Shown here: positions 61,803 through 64,000 of the stretch, in pieces
Layout: each line of letters begins with the position of its first letter
How positions within the stretch are numbered: the stretch's first letter is position 1
Assembly: GCA_963701095.1 (NCBI GenBank)
Contig: OY969564.1
Coordinates: 1,056,001-1,120,000 of the forward strand
DNA: 64,000 nucleotides
Direction of reading: 5' to 3'
From: an uncultured Methanoregulaceae archaeon
Lineage (GTDB): Archaea > Halobacteriota > Methanomicrobia > Methanomicrobiales > Methanospirillaceae
Translations under genes and position numbers: made by a program
The notes under the pieces: model-generated
Database searches by the model: none
What the model saw: only the letters and a program-made list of their open reading frames with translations
What the model was told of the DNA's origin: nothing

Positions 61803-63449
61803 TCATCTCACTTTTATAAGGTCCATTAAATTGATGGGCTCCGTGAGTACCTGTAGTCCCTGAGGTGTTTTACCCGTTCTAAATATTGTTTCCCAATATG
61901 CATTGTTTTGTCTTCCGCCAAAAACAGTCAAGGATAATTCCTTGTTGACCCATATAGGTAGATTTCTAAAATTCTTGATAAAAACTCGTAGGGATGCCCA
62001 GAGCGGATCCGGGAATTTTTCCTGAAACAACTTCTTTTCATTGATGGGTTTTCCTTGCATAATGAAATAATTTTTAATGATCTGCTCAATGAATTTCAAC
62101 CAATTATACATTATTTCTTCTTTGCTCATACGGAATGCTACGAGATGATCTTCTGGGATAATTTCCCCTTTCCTTAAATTACTTTCAAGCATGGAAGTTC
62201 CAATTTCGGGATCGAATTTACCGAGATAAATTTCCTCGGCTATGATATTCATCAATTTTAAAAGCTGTTCCTTTTCATTTACTCGCGGGTTATTGTCTTC
62301 ATCAAGATGGAAATCAAGAGGTGTCTCTAAAACATCTTGGAAGATAAAAAAGGAATAAAATGTCTTTTCGAGAGTACTGTATGAAATAGGTTTTTCTTTT
62401 GCTCTTCCCCCAAAATCTATGAAATCTCTCAACTCATTGGTTGGTTCGTGGGTAATTCCATCACGAACCGCATCAACAATATAGCGTTTCATTTCCCGGG
62501 TTTCGCCCTTGAAATATTTGACCAAATCCATTTCAGAAAATGGAAAATCCTCTTCTTTTAGACCATTCTCTTGTTGATAACGGGCCACACGGTCACGATA
62601 GAGAGCAGTTCCCAAATGGCGTTGAACTGATTTATCAAATGCGACCTGTCTTAAGGTAGTCCCTGCGTTGGTGTTCGCGGTAAGTAGAACATCAAGATCC
62701 GGATCAATGAAAATCCTTATGGGTAAACGTCGAACGCTGAGGAAAATTTGGGCAGCTGCCTTATGCTGACCGTCAAAAACTTTGATTGGAGATTGATCTT
62801 CTTTTGTTACAATATATCCTAATGAAACATGAAGTTGAGGACGTCTCAAAAAGAATTCATGAACAAGTTTTGAGATGTTTTTTCCAATTGGTCGAGGATT
62901 TATTCTATCGTCATGAAATACATATTCAATTGGCACTAATGCAAAAAAATAGTGGAAATTGCTTAGTGGGTCCTGATAAACGGGAGATTGTAAAATTTCA
63001 TTCTCTCCGATCTTCCCAAAAGAATATCTTACAATATTTTTCTCAATTGAGAAATTTAATTCAAATTTCGATCCATCATAATTTAAAAGAATATCTCCAA
63101 GATTGGGTGGCGAATGTTTTTCTTCGAGAGTTTTTTGTTGCAGCTTTAGAAGGTGCGCAAGTATTCGGGCTATTCTTAAATCTGAAGCCTGTTTCGAGCG
63201 GTTACAGGATGCGTGAGTGAGAGCAAAATTTGAAGGATCATCTTTTCCTTCATTATTTAAAGGAATAATATGATCGATGTCAAGATCGTTCTTATGAAGT
63301 TTTAAATCAATTTCTTCCTCACATATAAAACAACGGTATCCTTGAGATTCTGCTAATTTTTTTTCTAACTCATCCCGTTCTCCTTGGGAAAGTCGACTTA
63401 AGTATTGTGAGCCCAAAATATCCCTCGATATGCAACTTAATGTTATCAA
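61803..63449 (-). CDS. HNH endonuclease fused to a ParB/DGQHR-like domain
   Basis: CFIC...IDHIIP...N...H..CN..K HNH; INPRPI...FDGQHKAAA. Confidence 0.75.
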   Translation of the reverse strand: MITLSCISRDILGSQYLSRLSQGERDELEKKLAESQGYRCFICEEEIDLKLHKNDLDIDHIIPLNNEGKDDPSNFALTHASCNRSKQASDLRIARILAHLLKLQQKTLEEKHSPPNLGDILLNYDGSKFELNFSIEKNIVRYSFGKIGENEILQSPVYQDPLSNFHYFFALVPIEYVFHDDRINPRPIGKNISKLVHEFFLRRPQLHVSLGYIVTKEDQSPIKVFDGQHKAAAQIFLSVRRLPIRIFIDPDLDVLLTANTNAGTTLRQVAFDKSVQRHLGTALYRDRVARYQQENGLKEEDFPFSEMDLVKYFKGETREMKRYIVDAVRDGITHEPTNELRDFIDFGGRAKEKPISYSTLEKTFYSFFIFQDVLETPLDFHLDEDNNPRVNEKEQLLKLMNIIAEEIYLGKFDPEIGTSMLESNLRKGEIIPEDHLVAFRMSKEEIMYNWLKFIEQIIKNYFIMQGKPINEKKLFQEKFPDPLWASLRVFIKNFRNLPIWVNKELSLTVFGGRQNNAYWETIFRTGKTPQGLQVLTEPINLMDLIKVR

Positions 63450-63609
63450 ATAAGACTTTTTATATATGCCGCTTAATTTCGGTCATAACAGCAAGATCCG
63501 GTAATTCGGCTAGTACCATCACGGGATTGATTGCCAGGCTTGCCTTCTTGCTGTCCATATATAATATGCAAATCTATTTCTCTGAATATGCCAAGAAATA
63601 TCCGCGACT

Positions 63610-64000
63610 ATGATCGAAGCTGCCTCTGTTTCATATGGCGAAATAGACCTAAAATTAAGACTTGCCCTAAGTGATTTAAGACAAAATGACCATCAACTCC
63701 TTGAAAGGGAAGCACATGAAATTGCAATAACACATCAAATAGCATGTTATTTTAAGAAATATTTTCACATATGGCATGTGGATTGCGAATATAATCGAAG
63801 AGGCAATGATGCAAAAACCAATTCTGCCGGGCAAGATATCAGGCCGGATATCATCATCCACGAAAGGCATGACCCCAAAAATCCCTCTAAAAAGAACAAT
63901 CTTCTTATTATAGAAGTTAAAAAAAACAAAACCGATTCTCAAAATGATAGGGATAAATTAATAGAATTAACGAAAAAAGATGGAGCTGACCATTACCAAT
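63610..64000 (+). CDS. PD-(D/E)XK-family nuclease-like protein, partial (runs off window)
   Basis: Manual translation: ...HE.AITHQIA.YF...VDCEYNR...RPDIIIH...NLLIIEVKK. Confidence 0.65.
   Translation, partial: MIEAASVSYGEIDLKLRLALSDLRQNDHQLLEREAHEIAITHQIACYFKKYFHIWHVDCEYNRRGNDAKTNSAGQDIRPDIIIHERHDPKNPSKKNNLLIIEVKKNKTDSQNDRDKLIELTKKDGADHYQ

Overview
Archaeal genomic window, most consistent with a Methanomicrobiales methanogen (Methanoregula-like gene set: Hef helicase, UPF0147/UPF0148, PKD surface protein, PAS-rich kinases). Positions 1-30.8 kb are mostly core or housekeeping genes (metG, glyS, hef, RNase II-family, MFS). They also hold a mercury-methylation cassette (arsR <- -> hgcA-hgcB-arsC/Trx) with two palindromic operators, next to a decayed tRNA-Leu. 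At tRNA-Phe(GAA) (30825-30898) a ~12.2 kb element is integrated, bounded by 14-bp att repeats (30887-30900 / 43057-43070). It encodes a tyrosine integrase, divergent regulators with an operator palindrome, an SF3 helicase without a recognisable primase, a candidate origin, a PIN toxin-antitoxin pair, a serine resolvase and a three-gene Shango-like antiviral cassette with an atypical membrane/zinc-ribbon first subunit. No virion or conjugation genes are recognisable, so it has a satellite-like, defence-carrying architecture. To the right lie further accessory genes (Doc toxin, a second decayed tRNA-Leu) and a defence cluster: DUF2779 nuclease, a four-gene restriction-like system (DUF499 ATPase, small protein, DUF1156 methylase, SNF2-DUF3883), an HNH-DGQH protein and a PD-(D/E)XK nuclease. 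Many single-base frameshifts, including in essential genes, look like sequencing errors. All family assignments come from motif recognition by eye, not database searches.
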